A program made the translations under genes and the position numbers. Under the pieces are notes generated by a model. The model was not told the origin of the DNA. It saw only the letters and a list, made by a program, of their open reading frames with translations, and did no database searches. A DNA stretch of 64,000 nt from NCBI GenBank assembly GCA_038065475.1, contig JBBTQY010000005.1:2793-66792 (forward strand). The letters are read 5' to 3'. Of this stretch, positions 19,380 to 29,135 are shown piece after piece (position 1 is the stretch's first letter; every line of letters starts with the position of its first letter). This stretch comes from Patescibacteria group bacterium (GTDB lineage Bacteria > Patescibacteriota > Minisyncoccia > Ryanbacterales > GWA2-47-10b).

Positions 19380-19688
19380 ATGTCCATAGAAAACTCATCG
19401 AAACCTGAACTATCAGAAACTGGCTTGGCCGGAATTATAGCTTTTTCCAAAAGACCCGAAGAAGACATTAAAACTTTTATGGAAACGGCCATGTCGGCGA
19501 AAATTGAAGGAAGTGCGACTGAACAATCAAAAGCTATCCTGGAAGCGTCCGAACTAGAGAGATTCATAGCCCGTGACCAATTCGAGTCCGCAATTTCTGG
19601 CCTTGCTCGACGCTTAGAAGATGGAGACGATAAATCAGCGCTTGAATATTTGGTACGTCTAGGCTTGAACATAGTTGAGAATCACTAG
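19380..19688 (+). CDS. Hypothetical protein
   Basis: 102-aa helical ORF; TATAAT 6 nt before the ATG. Confidence 0.6.
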   Translation: MSIENSSKPELSETGLAGIIAFSKRPEEDIKTFMETAMSAKIEGSATEQSKAILEASELERFIARDQFESAISGLARRLEDGDDKSALEYLVRLGLNIVENH

Positions 19689-19748
19689 AACTCGTGTCAA
19701 TTTTTGTATAATACCTAGAAAGCCGTTCTCAAAGCTTGCTAGTTTCAT

Positions 19749-19961
19749 GTGAAAAGACCAAAAATCGGGTCAGTTATCGTGTGGGGATCTAAAACATTTA
19801 AAGCAAGCGGTGAGGCGCACAAGCATATAGGGTTTTATATCGGACACAATATGGCCGTTAGCAATAACTATAGAACTGGCCGTATTTACAAGCATTCTTG
19901 GGATTTTAATGGAAAAAGGGTCGTCGATTCGTTATATTGGTACGGCTCATTCTCCTCTTAA
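19749..19961 (+). pseudogene. Probable 5'-truncated NlpC/P60/CHAP-like fragment
   Basis: PKIGSVIVW...HKHIGFYIG resembles the C-terminal half of papain-like amidases. The Cys-containing N-half is absent. Confidence 0.4.
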
Positions 19962-20055
19962 ATATGGTATTTCACGTGAAATATCGGACATTTCTGTGGA
20001 TATCTATTGGACATAGTGGATAAAAGACACGATTTAATGTCTTTTAGTGTCTTAT

Positions 20056-20565
20056 ATGCCTAAATACAGCGAAAAACGCCAGATTGGTAATATTGCCGAA
20101 GATATCTCGGCGATGTTTCTCGTGAAAAGCGGTCACAAGATTTTAGATAGAAACTATCTAAAGAAGTGGGGTGAGCTCGATATCGTATCGGTTGACCGAT
20201 CCGATACCATTCATTTTATAGAGGTTAAGTGTAAGACTATCTGGTTTTCACGGGAAACATTATCAGAAAACACTAATAATTTAGTTTCACAATATGTTTC
20301 ACAAAAAAGTTTCACGAAAGATAGTTTTAAAATAGAACTTTCACGTGAAAGCTATAATGAAGAAAACGACGAATATCGTCCTGAAGACAATGTCCATTAT
20401 CACAAGCAGAAGCGCATGATGCGAGCAATCGAGTCCTACATGATGGAAAATCAAGATAAAATGGGGGAAAGGGAATGGCAGATCGATGTTTTGGCTGTAG
20501 CTCTCGATTTTTCACGGGAAACAGCTATAATGAGGCATATTGAAAATGTGATATTTGATATATAG
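20056..20565 (+). CDS. yraN: YraN (UPF0102) family endonuclease-like protein with internal insertion
   Basis: GNIAED, ILDRNY..KWGELDIV, IHFIEVK, PEDNV...KQKRM, WQIDVLAV, HIENV. Confidence 0.88.
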   Translation: MPKYSEKRQIGNIAEDISAMFLVKSGHKILDRNYLKKWGELDIVSVDRSDTIHFIEVKCKTIWFSRETLSENTNNLVSQYVSQKSFTKDSFKIELSRESYNEENDEYRPEDNVHYHKQKRMMRAIESYMMENQDKMGEREWQIDVLAVALDFSRETAIMRHIENVIFDI

Positions 20566-20672
20566 GTTTCACATGAAAAGAAACCTTAATCAGCCGGCAT
20601 CGGTTGTACCCCAGTCGATAGGATGTCGCATTTCATGCGACGACTAGGGCGAACCATGCCCCCGGCATGGTT

Positions 20673-20743
20673 CGGAGTGTAGTATACCGGTAGTACGTCT
20701 GCTTTGGGAGCAGATAGACTGGGTTCGATTCCCAGCACTCCGA
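20673..20743 (+). tRNA. tRNA-Pro(TGG)
   Basis: Acceptor CGGAGTG/CACTCCG, loop TTTGGGA, GGTTCGATTCC. Confidence 0.93.
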
Positions 20744-20773
20744 CAATTTGGTTTTAGCTGCTAGTATATATGT

Positions 20774-22228
20774 ATGGCCAATAAACAGCTTTTGGATTAT
20801 GTCCAAAAATCACTCCAAAGCGGATATTCAGCTCAAGAAATAAGCCCTGCCCTTGTCGATAAAGGATGGGGGACGAGCGAGGTGCACGAGGCAGTTCTTG
20901 CTGCGCAAGAACTGATACGCCAAAAACCAGCGTTGCCACCACTTCCACCACCTCCATCAAAAGCATCAGAATGGACCATTGAGCTCAAGAGTTTGTCTGC
21001 TTCACAGATTTTACTATATCTTGGCGGACTCATTGTGGTACTCGCAGGACTTATTTATATCGGTATCAATTGGCAGCAGTGGGGATCTTTGGGGCGTATT
21101 TTTGCTATCTTTCTGCCAATGTTTATTTGCTATGCGCTCGGTACTCCACTCTTTTTTAAAGAGGAATATAAAAAACATGGCATTGTATTTGTAGTTGTTG
21201 GATCATTGTTGTTTCCGCTTTTTCTTTCGATTGTATTTGTGGAGATGAAACTTTTTGGTAAGTTTTACGGAAATAGTTTTGGTATGGCGGTTTCTTTGCC
21301 TACGTTTTTACTGTATAGCATGCTCAGTTTTGCGTTTCGGTTTCCTATTTGGGCAGGGCTTTATCAAGGTGCGGGGTTGTTTGTATATTTTTATTTTTGG
21401 AAACTATTGGGTGTTGCCGATTTTGATAAAGAGCCAGTACTCGCGTGGCTCTTTTTGATACTGGGTACTGCGTACATGGTGCTCAGTTTGTGGTATGAGC
21501 GTCTTGAGAAAAAAATAGAGGCGTGGCATTCGCATATCTTAGGGTCGCTGGTTGTCGTATGCTCGCTTGCGCGTATTTTTGTTGAAACACTTGATCGCGC
21601 GTATTTCTCATGGATCTTGATCGTGCTTGGTATTGGTTACTTTGCTTTTGGTGCGTGGGTTGAGTCAAATAAGATAAAAAAATATTGTTCGGTCGCATAT
21701 TTTATAGGCGCGGGGCTCGTGTTTTTCTCGCTGTTGCGATTAGGGCTCGACGGAACTCTTTTGAAAGATATCACTGCTACGCGGGGATTTGATCAAGATA
21801 TTATTGGTTGGTCAAATATTATTGTTGGCGTTTTGTATCTTGCACTTAGCGCGCTTTTGTCGCAACTTAGTAAATTTGGTTTGCAGGAAGGGTCTCGATA
21901 TAAAGAATTTTTTGATTTGGCAGGACCCGGACTTGTACTCAGCGCCGTTTTCTTTTTGGGGCTTGATGGATCAAAGCCGATTTATGAGACATTGTTGTTG
22001 CTTGCAAGTCTCGGATTTATCTTTGGTAGTATCCCAAAACGTTCACGTCAATTTTTGTACCTTGGTACATTGTTTTTGATTGTTTATATTTTCTCCATTG
22101 GTGGAGAATATTTTGAAAACGATGTTGGTTGGCCAATTATTTTGTTTGTGGCTGGCTTTGTCTCAATGGGTATTGGCGTGGGGATTGAAAAAGTACGACG
22201 AAAATATTTTACGGCCTCAAAAGGTTGA
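20774..22228 (+). CDS. Polytopic membrane protein (DUF2157-like)
   Basis: Short helical N-domain, ILLYLGGLIV...INWQQW motif, ~13-14 TM segments. Confidence 0.75.
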   Translation: MANKQLLDYVQKSLQSGYSAQEISPALVDKGWGTSEVHEAVLAAQELIRQKPALPPLPPPPSKASEWTIELKSLSASQILLYLGGLIVVLAGLIYIGINWQQWGSLGRIFAIFLPMFICYALGTPLFFKEEYKKHGIVFVVVGSLLFPLFLSIVFVEMKLFGKFYGNSFGMAVSLPTFLLYSMLSFAFRFPIWAGLYQGAGLFVYFYFWKLLGVADFDKEPVLAWLFLILGTAYMVLSLWYERLEKKIEAWHSHILGSLVVVCSLARIFVETLDRAYFSWILIVLGIGYFAFGAWVESNKIKKYCSVAYFIGAGLVFFSLLRLGLDGTLLKDITATRGFDQDIIGWSNIIVGVLYLALSALLSQLSKFGLQEGSRYKEFFDLAGPGLVLSAVFFLGLDGSKPIYETLLLLASLGFIFGSIPKRSRQFLYLGTLFLIVYIFSIGGEYFENDVGWPIILFVAGFVSMGIGVGIEKVRRKYFTASKG

Positions 22229-22418
22229 TGAAATAAGAAAAACACTCACTCGGCTTTCTAGAGAGGAGGTCTGCAGGATTACGCGAAGTCTTGTAAAAAG
22301 TCTGATTTTGTGCTATAGTTTCTCCGAACTTAGAACCTCGATAACATAAATTTCTAGTTGAAACACCCGCATCTAAAGCCGAAACTGCTTTTTGATGCCG
22401 AGATTAGGAGGAAGGGAA

Positions 22419-24077
22419 GTGAAGAGACTTTTAATTCTCTTGCTCGCACTTGCGAGCTTGAGCTTGCGACCGCCCGGGACGGCGGCGCAGAGTTCGATCA
22501 ACGTCCCGGACGTGACGGGCGACCAGCTCGTCATGTTCTACGACGCGCGCTCATCGCGCGTGCCGTTCATGACCATCTCGAACCCGGCGCTCGAGCGTGT
22601 CGTTCTGAGGGCTGACTTCTACAACATCGACCTCACTTTCGTCATCGCCTCCGAGACCATTGTTCTCGAAGGCGGTAGTAATGTCGTCATCGATCCGACC
22701 GGAGTCGATGGTGGCATCGTCAACGGCAACGCAGGTCTTGCGGTCATCACTCCCACGCGGAGCGAGACCGACATCCAACCGGTGGTACCTCCAGCGCCCC
22801 TCATGGGGAATTGGACCTTGGCGAATCTCGATCTCGCCTCTGCGTTCGGCGAGAACATCTTCGGGCGTCTCGCGGTGCGGCAATCGGGCGAGCGGGCGAG
22901 TGCATGGAGTACCGTCGATGGTGATGCGGTGCGCTACCAGCGCATCGATCCTCACGCCGTGGTCATCCCTGCGCACTACAATCCCCAAGACTTGGGTCCT
23001 GTGGAGTTCGATGGTAACCGCGTGGTCATTGCGGTCTTCCGTGACGTCTACGACGGCGGCTTTCGTCTCGCTCCGCAGTTCGAGCGATTCGAAGCTTCAT
23101 TCATCGAACGCTTCGGATACCAGGTGGCCAAGACCCAGATCAACGTCGATGGCGTGCTGATGAGCGATCTCGTTTCGCTCGCTGGTGCGCAGCTTCGTTC
23201 GTCTGGAAAGGTGTTCTTCCGTCGTCTCGACCGTGCAAGCGGCGGGAACGCATTCGGCGTCTTCAGTCAGTCGCTCGGCACATTCGGTGCCGGTGGCCGC
23301 ATGATCGCCGTGGAGAACGTGCCGGATTTTTCACAAGCTCCAGCGCCTACTGGGACGCCGACGCCGGAGCCTACTGATCGTCCGACTCCGCGTCCCACCC
23401 CTACCTTCACGCCTCGGCCTACGCCGAGCCCGACACCAATTCCGACTCGGACGCCACAACCTACGGCGACTCCGAAGAAAACTCCGGCACCGACCGCAAA
23501 ACCTACGCAGACCCCGCGGCCGACGGCAACACCGAAGCCGACGGTGACTGCAAAGCCAACGCCGAGTCCCACACGGACGCCGTCGCCTACGGCGATTCCG
23601 ACCAACACTCCGCGGCCTACGGAAACTCCGAGGCCGACGGTAACACCGATCAAGACTCCGACGCCTACTCCGACCAGGACACCCACTCCGTCGCCGAGTC
23701 CAACGCCTACAATGACTCCGACCCCAACGCCGTCTGCAACTCCAACGCAGACGCCAACTCCGACACCAACGCAGACTCCGTCGTGTATCGACAACGACAA
23801 CGACGAGTACTGTGCGGGAAGCGGCCCCAGCAAGGACTGCAATGACTCGAATGCATCGGTAAACCCCGGTGCGACCGAGCAATGCAACAACATCGACGAC
23901 AACTGCCGCAATGGTACTGACGAGGACTTCCCCGAGAAGGGAGGAGTGTGCTGGCGCCTCGTTGGCACTGCCTGCTGGCGTGGCGAGAAGCGCTGCGCGC
24001 AAGGAGGTGGCGGGGGAGGCAACACCATCCAGTGTCTGCCGCTCTCGATAGAGCCTGACTCAAACCAGTGCAACTAA
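22419..24077 (+). CDS. Secreted protein with Pro/Thr stalk and C-terminal MopE-like Cys/Asp metal-binding motif
   Basis: AGGAGG SD plus GTG start, signal peptide, ~150-aa PT repeat, [32 protein letters not shown]. Confidence 0.85.
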   Translation: MKRLLILLLALASLSLRPPGTAAQSSINVPDVTGDQLVMFYDARSSRVPFMTISNPALERVVLRADFYNIDLTFVIASETIVLEGGSNVVIDPTGVDGGIVNGNAGLAVITPTRSETDIQPVVPPAPLMGNWTLANLDLASAFGENIFGRLAVRQSGERASAWSTVDGDAVRYQRIDPHAVVIPAHYNPQDLGPVEFDGNRVVIAVFRDVYDGGFRLAPQFERFEASFIERFGYQVAKTQINVDGVLMSDLVSLAGAQLRSSGKVFFRRLDRASGGNAFGVFSQSLGTFGAGGRMIAVENVPDFSQAPAPTGTPTPEPTDRPTPRPTPTFTPRPTPSPTPIPTRTPQPTATPKKTPAPTAKPTQTPRPTATPKPTVTAKPTPSPTRTPSPTAIPTNTPRPTETPRPTVTPIKTPTPTPTRTPTPSPSPTPTMTPTPTPSATPTQTPTPTPTQTPSCIDNDNDEYCAGSGPSKDCNDSNASVNPGATEQCNNIDDNCRNGTDEDFPEKGGVCWRLVGTACWRGEKRCAQGGGGGGNTIQCLPLSIEPDSNQCN

Positions 24078-24120
24078 AGAAACAATCATAGGAGGGCGAT
24101 CATCATCCTCCGAATCATGG

Positions 24121-24154
24121 CCCAGTACGCGTTCCACGCGCGCTGGGCTTTTTT
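24121..24154 (+). terminator. Intrinsic terminator (identical copy after the next gene)
   Basis: CCCAGTACGCG-TTCCA-CGCGCGCTGGGC-TTTT, repeated at ~25823-25854. Confidence 0.8.
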
Positions 24155-24296
24155 AATACAATGACTTGCAAAAAAGCTGATTTTATGATATAGTTTTTCG
24201 GAACTTCAGGTCCTTGTTAATTCCTAGTTTTTGAGAAGAAAAAAATCGCACCCCAGAGATAAGGGTGCTCAACCATTCAACCGAAGGAGAGAAACC

Positions 24297-25781
24297 ATGA
24301 AGCGTTCGCTGTTTGGATTGCTGATCGTTCTCGCGCTGTTCATGCCCCTGCTGGCCTGTGCCAGCGACATGCCGCGTGAGCTCGATGACTACTGCGTCTT
24401 CGCCAACAAGAAGTTGGTGCTCGGCACCAACGCGGCCGTGCTCGATGGTAGCGCTGGCGTCAACAAGTCGAGTGCGCGTGCCTCGAAGGTCCTCATGACC
24501 ATGAGGCCGTACTCGATCGTCGATCCGGATTTCCCGACCGCCGCATCGAGCGTCAAGATGGCAACGTACGCGACAGTAGGGGAGTTGTTCCGCAACTTCC
24601 TGACTTTGTCGGGGCCTGTGAACATCGACGAGGAGTATAGTGGGACGTTCCCCGTGCTCACTCTGCCCGAGCTCCCGTTCTTCTTGCCGGAGGACGACCA
24701 CATCATCCTACAAGAAGGGACGAAGTGGCTCGGTCCCGGGCAGTACGGGTTTCTCGAGGTAGGACCTGGGGCCACCGTCATCCTGACGGGCGGCGAGTAC
24801 CACTTTCTGCAGACCTGGTTTCGCTCGGGCTCTCAGCTTTACTACGAGAGTCCAGTCGACGTTCGTGTCCAGGGAAAGTTCATGGGTGATGAAGGGATCG
24901 TGATGCGTCCGGCCCTTTGGGCTGATGTATTGCCTCACGAGGCAAGCTTCGCGATTGGTGGGCCGATGGTGACCTTCGGGCCACTCGGCTCTTACGAGGG
25001 GATGTTCTATGCTCCTCGCAGTACCGTTCGAGTTCAGAGGCAGACGACGATCACCGGCCAGTTGGTCGGCAACAAGATCCGATTTGCCGACAACGCACGG
25101 TGCGTCTGGGCTGCGGCGGAAATCACGACGACTCCAACCCCCACGCCAAGTCCAACACCAACCCCAACGAGGACTCCAAGTCCAACGCCAACGTTGACAC
25201 CGACAGCGACTCCGTCGCCAACACCGACGAAAACGCCGACCCCAACTCCGACTCGTACACCAACCCCGACCCCGTCGGCAACACCAACATCCGTTCCCAC
25301 GCTGTCGCCAACGCCAAATCCAACGGCGACCCCGACTCCTTTGCCGACGGCCACGCCAACGCCCACACCGACCAGGACGCCGACCCCCGCGCCGACGCAG
25401 ACGGCGACGCCAACCGCGATTCCCACCCCAACACCCTCGGTAGCGCCGACGGCAACTCCCACCCCGACTCCCGTGCAGTCACCCATCTGCGTCGACAACG
25501 ACAACGACGAGTACTGTTTAGGGCAAGGGCCGGGGAAGGATTGCAACGATGCGAACGCATCGGTGAACCCCGGCGTCGTCGAACAATGCAACAACATCGA
25601 CGACAACTGCATCAACGGCACCGATGAGGACTTTCCCGGCAAGGGTGCGGTGTGCTGGCGCCTCGTCGGCACTGCTTGCTGGCGCGGCGAGTCACGCTGT
25701 GCCCAGAGTGCTGGCGGGGGAGGCAACACCATCCAGTGCCTACCTCTGACGTCTGAGTCAGATTCTTCCAAATGCAACTAG
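24297..25781 (+). CDS. Secreted protein with beta-helix-like N-domain, Pro/Thr stalk and C-terminal MopE-like motif
   Basis: AAGGAG SD, signal peptide, [10 protein letters not shown]...ITGQLVG beta-helix-like motif, C-terminus nearly identical to that of 22419-24077. Confidence 0.85.
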   Translation: MKRSLFGLLIVLALFMPLLACASDMPRELDDYCVFANKKLVLGTNAAVLDGSAGVNKSSARASKVLMTMRPYSIVDPDFPTAASSVKMATYATVGELFRNFLTLSGPVNIDEEYSGTFPVLTLPELPFFLPEDDHIILQEGTKWLGPGQYGFLEVGPGATVILTGGEYHFLQTWFRSGSQLYYESPVDVRVQGKFMGDEGIVMRPALWADVLPHEASFAIGGPMVTFGPLGSYEGMFYAPRSTVRVQRQTTITGQLVGNKIRFADNARCVWAAAEITTTPTPTPSPTPTPTRTPSPTPTLTPTATPSPTPTKTPTPTPTRTPTPTPSATPTSVPTLSPTPNPTATPTPLPTATPTPTPTRTPTPAPTQTATPTAIPTPTPSVAPTATPTPTPVQSPICVDNDNDEYCLGQGPGKDCNDANASVNPGVVEQCNNIDDNCINGTDEDFPGKGAVCWRLVGTACWRGESRCAQSAGGGGNTIQCLPLTSESDSSKCN

Positions 25782-25872
25782 GAAAATCATAGAAGGGTAG
25801 CAATCTACCTTTCGAATCACAGCCCAGTACGCGTTCCACGCGCGCTGGGCTTTTCTTTATCTAAAACTATTG

Positions 25873-25906
25873 ACCCCGTTAGAGTAAATTTTTACTCTAA
25901 CGGGGT
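25873..25906. repeat. Palindromic REP/MITE-like element
   Basis: ACCCCGTTAGAGTAAA-TT-TTTACTCTAACGGGGT, with TTGAC at both boundaries. Confidence 0.7.
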
Positions 25907-26038
25907 TGACTTTTTATATAAAAAATGTTAAAGTTTCTCCGTTATATCGGCTCCTTAAAAACTTCATAACGACGAGCAAGATACTAAATTTCAGCTACAA
26001 AACTATTACTGGATTCAAAAAACTAAGGAACCAAAAAT

Positions 26039-28225
26039 ATGAAGAAAGGAATACTTGCTGTATTCTTTTCTCTTGTTCTTGTTTCAATGCCATTCTTTGC
26101 ACTAGCAGAAGGCGACGCGGCACCAGAGGTGCAAGCCGAACCGCAGGTTGAGACACTTGTTGAAACCGAATCTGCTCAAGCGATTGCTCAGCTTGTCGTT
26201 ACAAATCATGCACCAACTATCGAAGGACCATCTGGCGCCACTGGCGTTGTTGGGTCTTTGGTATCGTTTGTCGTGATTGTGACCGATCAAGATGGTAATC
26301 CTGACGCAAATGGCAATATCGTCACTACTACTACCAATTTGCCTGAAGGTGCTGTGTATGATCCGATTGACGGTTCATTCGCATGGGTACCGACGGCTGC
26401 TGGTAATTATGTCGCAACATTTAACGCAACTGACAGCATCGATACAACGGTGCACGAAGTTGAAATTGAAATAACAGAAGGAAATCGCTTACCCGTCATT
26501 GAAGGACCGACATACGCTTCAACAACTGTTGGATCGATGGTCGAGTTTTTCATCATCGTCACAGATCCCGACGGCAATCCGGACGCCCAGGGAAATATTG
26601 TGGCCGTGACCTCTGAACTTCCTGAAGGAGCCTTGTATGATGCCGGCGCCTCACAATTTGTGTGGGTACCGACGACAACGGGCACTACCACAGTAACGTT
26701 CTTTGCGTTTGACGGTACAGGTACGACTACTCACGAAACGATCATCGAAGTGTTTCCTGCGGATTCCGCGGCAAATCTTCCGCCGTTCTTCGTGAACTTC
26801 AACCCGCCCCTCGTGGCGACTTCAACTGAGGCTTACGCCTATGATGTTGAAGCTCAGGATCCTGAGAATGATACATTAACATTCTCGCTTGACCTTGCTC
26901 CCGTAGGTATGACGATCGCATCATCAACTGGTGTGATCTCATGGACTCCTACGTTGGCACAGGCATCAAGCACCTCGTACTCTGTAATTGTTGGCGTTTC
27001 CGACGCAACTCACACTGCAACTACAACCTATACAATTTTGGTAAACGAACCGTCTGTCGTTACAGGCAATCGATTGCCGATAATTGAAGGTCCCACGCAT
27101 GCGACTACCACGGTAGGTACACTTCTTGAACTTGTGTTCATTGTGACCGATCCCGACGGTAATCCTGACGTGTTTGGTAACGTTGTTGAAGTCTCAACTG
27201 CGTTGCCGCTTGGTGCTACCTATAGCACCAGCACCTCTTTGTTCTCGTGGACCGCGACATCTACGGGAACCTATCTCGCAAAACTCTTTGCGTTTGACGG
27301 CACGGGTACGACTACCCATGAGCTCATCATTGATGTAGTTTCAGGTAATCGTCCGCCGGTCATCGAAGGCATCACGAGTATTGAGAGAAAAGTGAATGAA
27401 GCCATCGACTTTGTGATTATCGTCAGCGATCCTGACGGAAATCCTGATGCCGAAGGTGATATCATCACTGTGACGACGATGTTACCGCATGGAGCAACGT
27501 TCGCTACCAGCACTGGACTCTTTTCTTGGTCGTCTTCTGAGGCAACAACCACAGAAGCGATCTTTAAAGCGTTTGATGGTGAGGCGACGACGACTCATAC
27601 GGTACTCATAACAGTACGCGCCGCAGATACTCCACCACCACCCCCACCGCCACCCGGCGGAGGAGGAGGCGGCGGTGGGGGAGGAGGCGGAGGTGGTGGT
27701 TGTTCAAATTGTGGTAGCAATGGTCCTCCCGGACTTATTGGCCCTACCCCAATCAACCCACCACCAACTTCACTTCCACCCCCACCTGCACCGAGTACTC
27801 CCGTAACTAATCCAGTTCCTTTACAACCTAGCCCCAGCCCACGACCCGTGCAGCCACCGCCGGTCTATCGACCAGCACCTGCACCAGATCTTGCTCTCGT
27901 GTCTACCACGACTCCAACGACAGCGCCCGCTGAAGGCCCGTCGCTTGCGTCTGTATTACTTGCGGGATTATTCAACTTCTTGGATTGGATCCGCGCAAAT
28001 TGGTGCATCCTTGGTTGGTTGCTCTGGCTTCTGACTCTTCTTGCATTCATCCTCTATGTGATCTTTACGAACACCGATGAAGATGACGAGAATAAAGAAG
28101 CAGTGCCACCCTCAGGGTTGCCCATAATGCCATTCGACGATGAGTCGGACGGAACTATCAAAGAAGCTGTATCGGAGAATACGCTCAGCGAATACTGGGA
28201 AACAACTCCACAAGAGAATAAGTAA
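26039..28225 (+). CDS. Surface protein with tandem Ig/cadherin-like repeats and C-terminal membrane anchor
   Basis: Signal peptide, five ~95-aa repeats (N..P.IEGP...VTDPDGNPD...LP.GA...FSW), Gly/Pro linker, TM segment and acidic tail. Confidence 0.88.
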   Translation: MKKGILAVFFSLVLVSMPFFALAEGDAAPEVQAEPQVETLVETESAQAIAQLVVTNHAPTIEGPSGATGVVGSLVSFVVIVTDQDGNPDANGNIVTTTTNLPEGAVYDPIDGSFAWVPTAAGNYVATFNATDSIDTTVHEVEIEITEGNRLPVIEGPTYASTTVGSMVEFFIIVTDPDGNPDAQGNIVAVTSELPEGALYDAGASQFVWVPTTTGTTTVTFFAFDGTGTTTHETIIEVFPADSAANLPPFFVNFNPPLVATSTEAYAYDVEAQDPENDTLTFSLDLAPVGMTIASSTGVISWTPTLAQASSTSYSVIVGVSDATHTATTTYTILVNEPSVVTGNRLPIIEGPTHATTTVGTLLELVFIVTDPDGNPDVFGNVVEVSTALPLGATYSTSTSLFSWTATSTGTYLAKLFAFDGTGTTTHELIIDVVSGNRPPVIEGITSIERKVNEAIDFVIIVSDPDGNPDAEGDIITVTTMLPHGATFATSTGLFSWSSSEATTTEAIFKAFDGEATTTHTVLITVRAADTPPPPPPPPGGGGGGGGGGGGGGGCSNCGSNGPPGLIGPTPINPPPTSLPPPPAPSTPVTNPVPLQPSPSPRPVQPPPVYRPAPAPDLALVSTTTPTTAPAEGPSLASVLLAGLFNFLDWIRANWCILGWLLWLLTLLAFILYVIFTNTDEDDENKEAVPPSGLPIMPFDDESDGTIKEAVSENTLSEYWETTPQENK

Positions 28226-28232
28226 TACTCTT

Positions 28233-28262
28233 CCAAAAACCACCCCGAGGGGTGGTTTTTGG
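28233..28262. terminator. Bidirectional terminator between convergent genes
   Basis: CCAAAAACCACCCC-GA-GGGGTGGTTTTTGG. Confidence 0.8.
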
Positions 28263-28265
28263 TTT

Positions 28266-28778
28266 TTAGTCGCTACACTTCCATCCCGGTTCACGGTTTG
28301 CTTTCCAGTAGAAGCTTCTTGTAGATTCGAGTGTTGCGCTTAGCGAGAGTGTATTGTCGGCAATATAACAATGATATCTGTATGTTAGAGACGGCGTGAT
28401 TATAGGCGGTGGGATGCACGGTTCATTTGTTGGATCGCGGGGAACTGCACCGCCAAAATAGGGTTCGAGAAATTTGAGCCAAGGATCATTTATGCCATTA
28501 TTTGCTTGATCGTTGCTATAATCCCATTGGCCACAATCAGAGTCACCACCTAAACCACCACCAAAACCATCGTTTATGGTGCGTGGGAGATATCCGTTTG
28601 TATCATAGTACAAATGCAGTGCGGTATAGATGCTGTGCAGATCTTCTTTACGCCGTGCGTCGCGCGCTTTTACGCGAGCCGAATTTACGCCTGCGAGTAC
28701 GATGGACGACAAAAGGCTGATGATCGATACTACAACCATTAGCTCAATCAGCGTAAAGCCATGTTGCTCACGGCGCAT
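28266..28778 (-). CDS. Type IV pilin / GspG-like prepilin
   Basis: G|FTLIELMVVVSII class III signal; ARVKARDARRKEDL...LYY. Confidence 0.9.
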   Translation of the reverse strand: MRREQHGFTLIELMVVVSIISLLSSIVLAGVNSARVKARDARRKEDLHSIYTALHLYYDTNGYLPRTINDGFGGGLGGDSDCGQWDYSNDQANNGINDPWLKFLEPYFGGAVPRDPTNEPCIPPPIITPSLTYRYHCYIADNTLSLSATLESTRSFYWKANREPGWKCSD

Positions 28779-28782
28779 GAAT

Positions 28783-28971
28783 CTAGAAAAAAAAGAAGAA
28801 ATAAAGCGAGATCAAAAAGGTGCATATCGAGAATGCAGCAAGCACCATAGCTGCTGTCGCCTCACTCTCAATTTGTAACTTATGCATTACCCAGCGCACC
28901 ATAGGAGAAGAGTTCCCTTCTGGCTCCTTTGGCGGGTGCCAGTCATTGTATACATGAAAATCGCCGCTCAT
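28783..28971 (-). CDS. Small membrane protein
   Basis: 62 aa with a C-terminal TM segment; -10-like hexamer 6 nt upstream. Confidence 0.55.
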   Translation of the reverse strand: MSGDFHVYNDWHPPKEPEGNSSPMVRWVMHKLQIESEATAAMVLAAFSICTFLISLYFFFFF

Positions 28972-29001
28972 TTTTCTAGCGTATCATATTTTCTTACATA
29001 G

Positions 29002-29073
29002 TGCGGTCGGCGGGAGTCGAACCCGCGTCTGCTGCTTGGAAGGCAGCCATAATAGCCGTTATACGACGACCGC
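29002..29073 (-). tRNA. tRNA-Gly(TCC)
   Basis: Acceptor GCGGTCG/CGACCGC, loop CTTCCAA, GGTTCGACTCC. Confidence 0.93.
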
Positions 29074-29135
29074 AAATGCCGCCTTCATCCCCTTCGGGAG
29101 AAGGGTTTACAGCGGCATCGGTATCGTAACATGCG

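Larger units (their letters stand above)
19741..20580. promoter_or_regulatory. parS: Cluster of parS-like centromere sites
   Basis: Near matches to TGTTTCACGTGAAACA at 19741, 19968, 20114, 20244, 20337, 20508 and 20565; GTTTCAC half-sites at 20284, 20296 and 20309. Confidence 0.8.

Noticed and set aside
23340-25480. Repetitive DNA as a CRISPR array or DGR, and long antisense ORFs (23267-24073, 25034-25777)
   Set aside because: These are degenerate Pro/Thr codon repeats within CDSs, with no constant repeat-spacer period and no RT or cas genes. The antisense ORFs are shadows.
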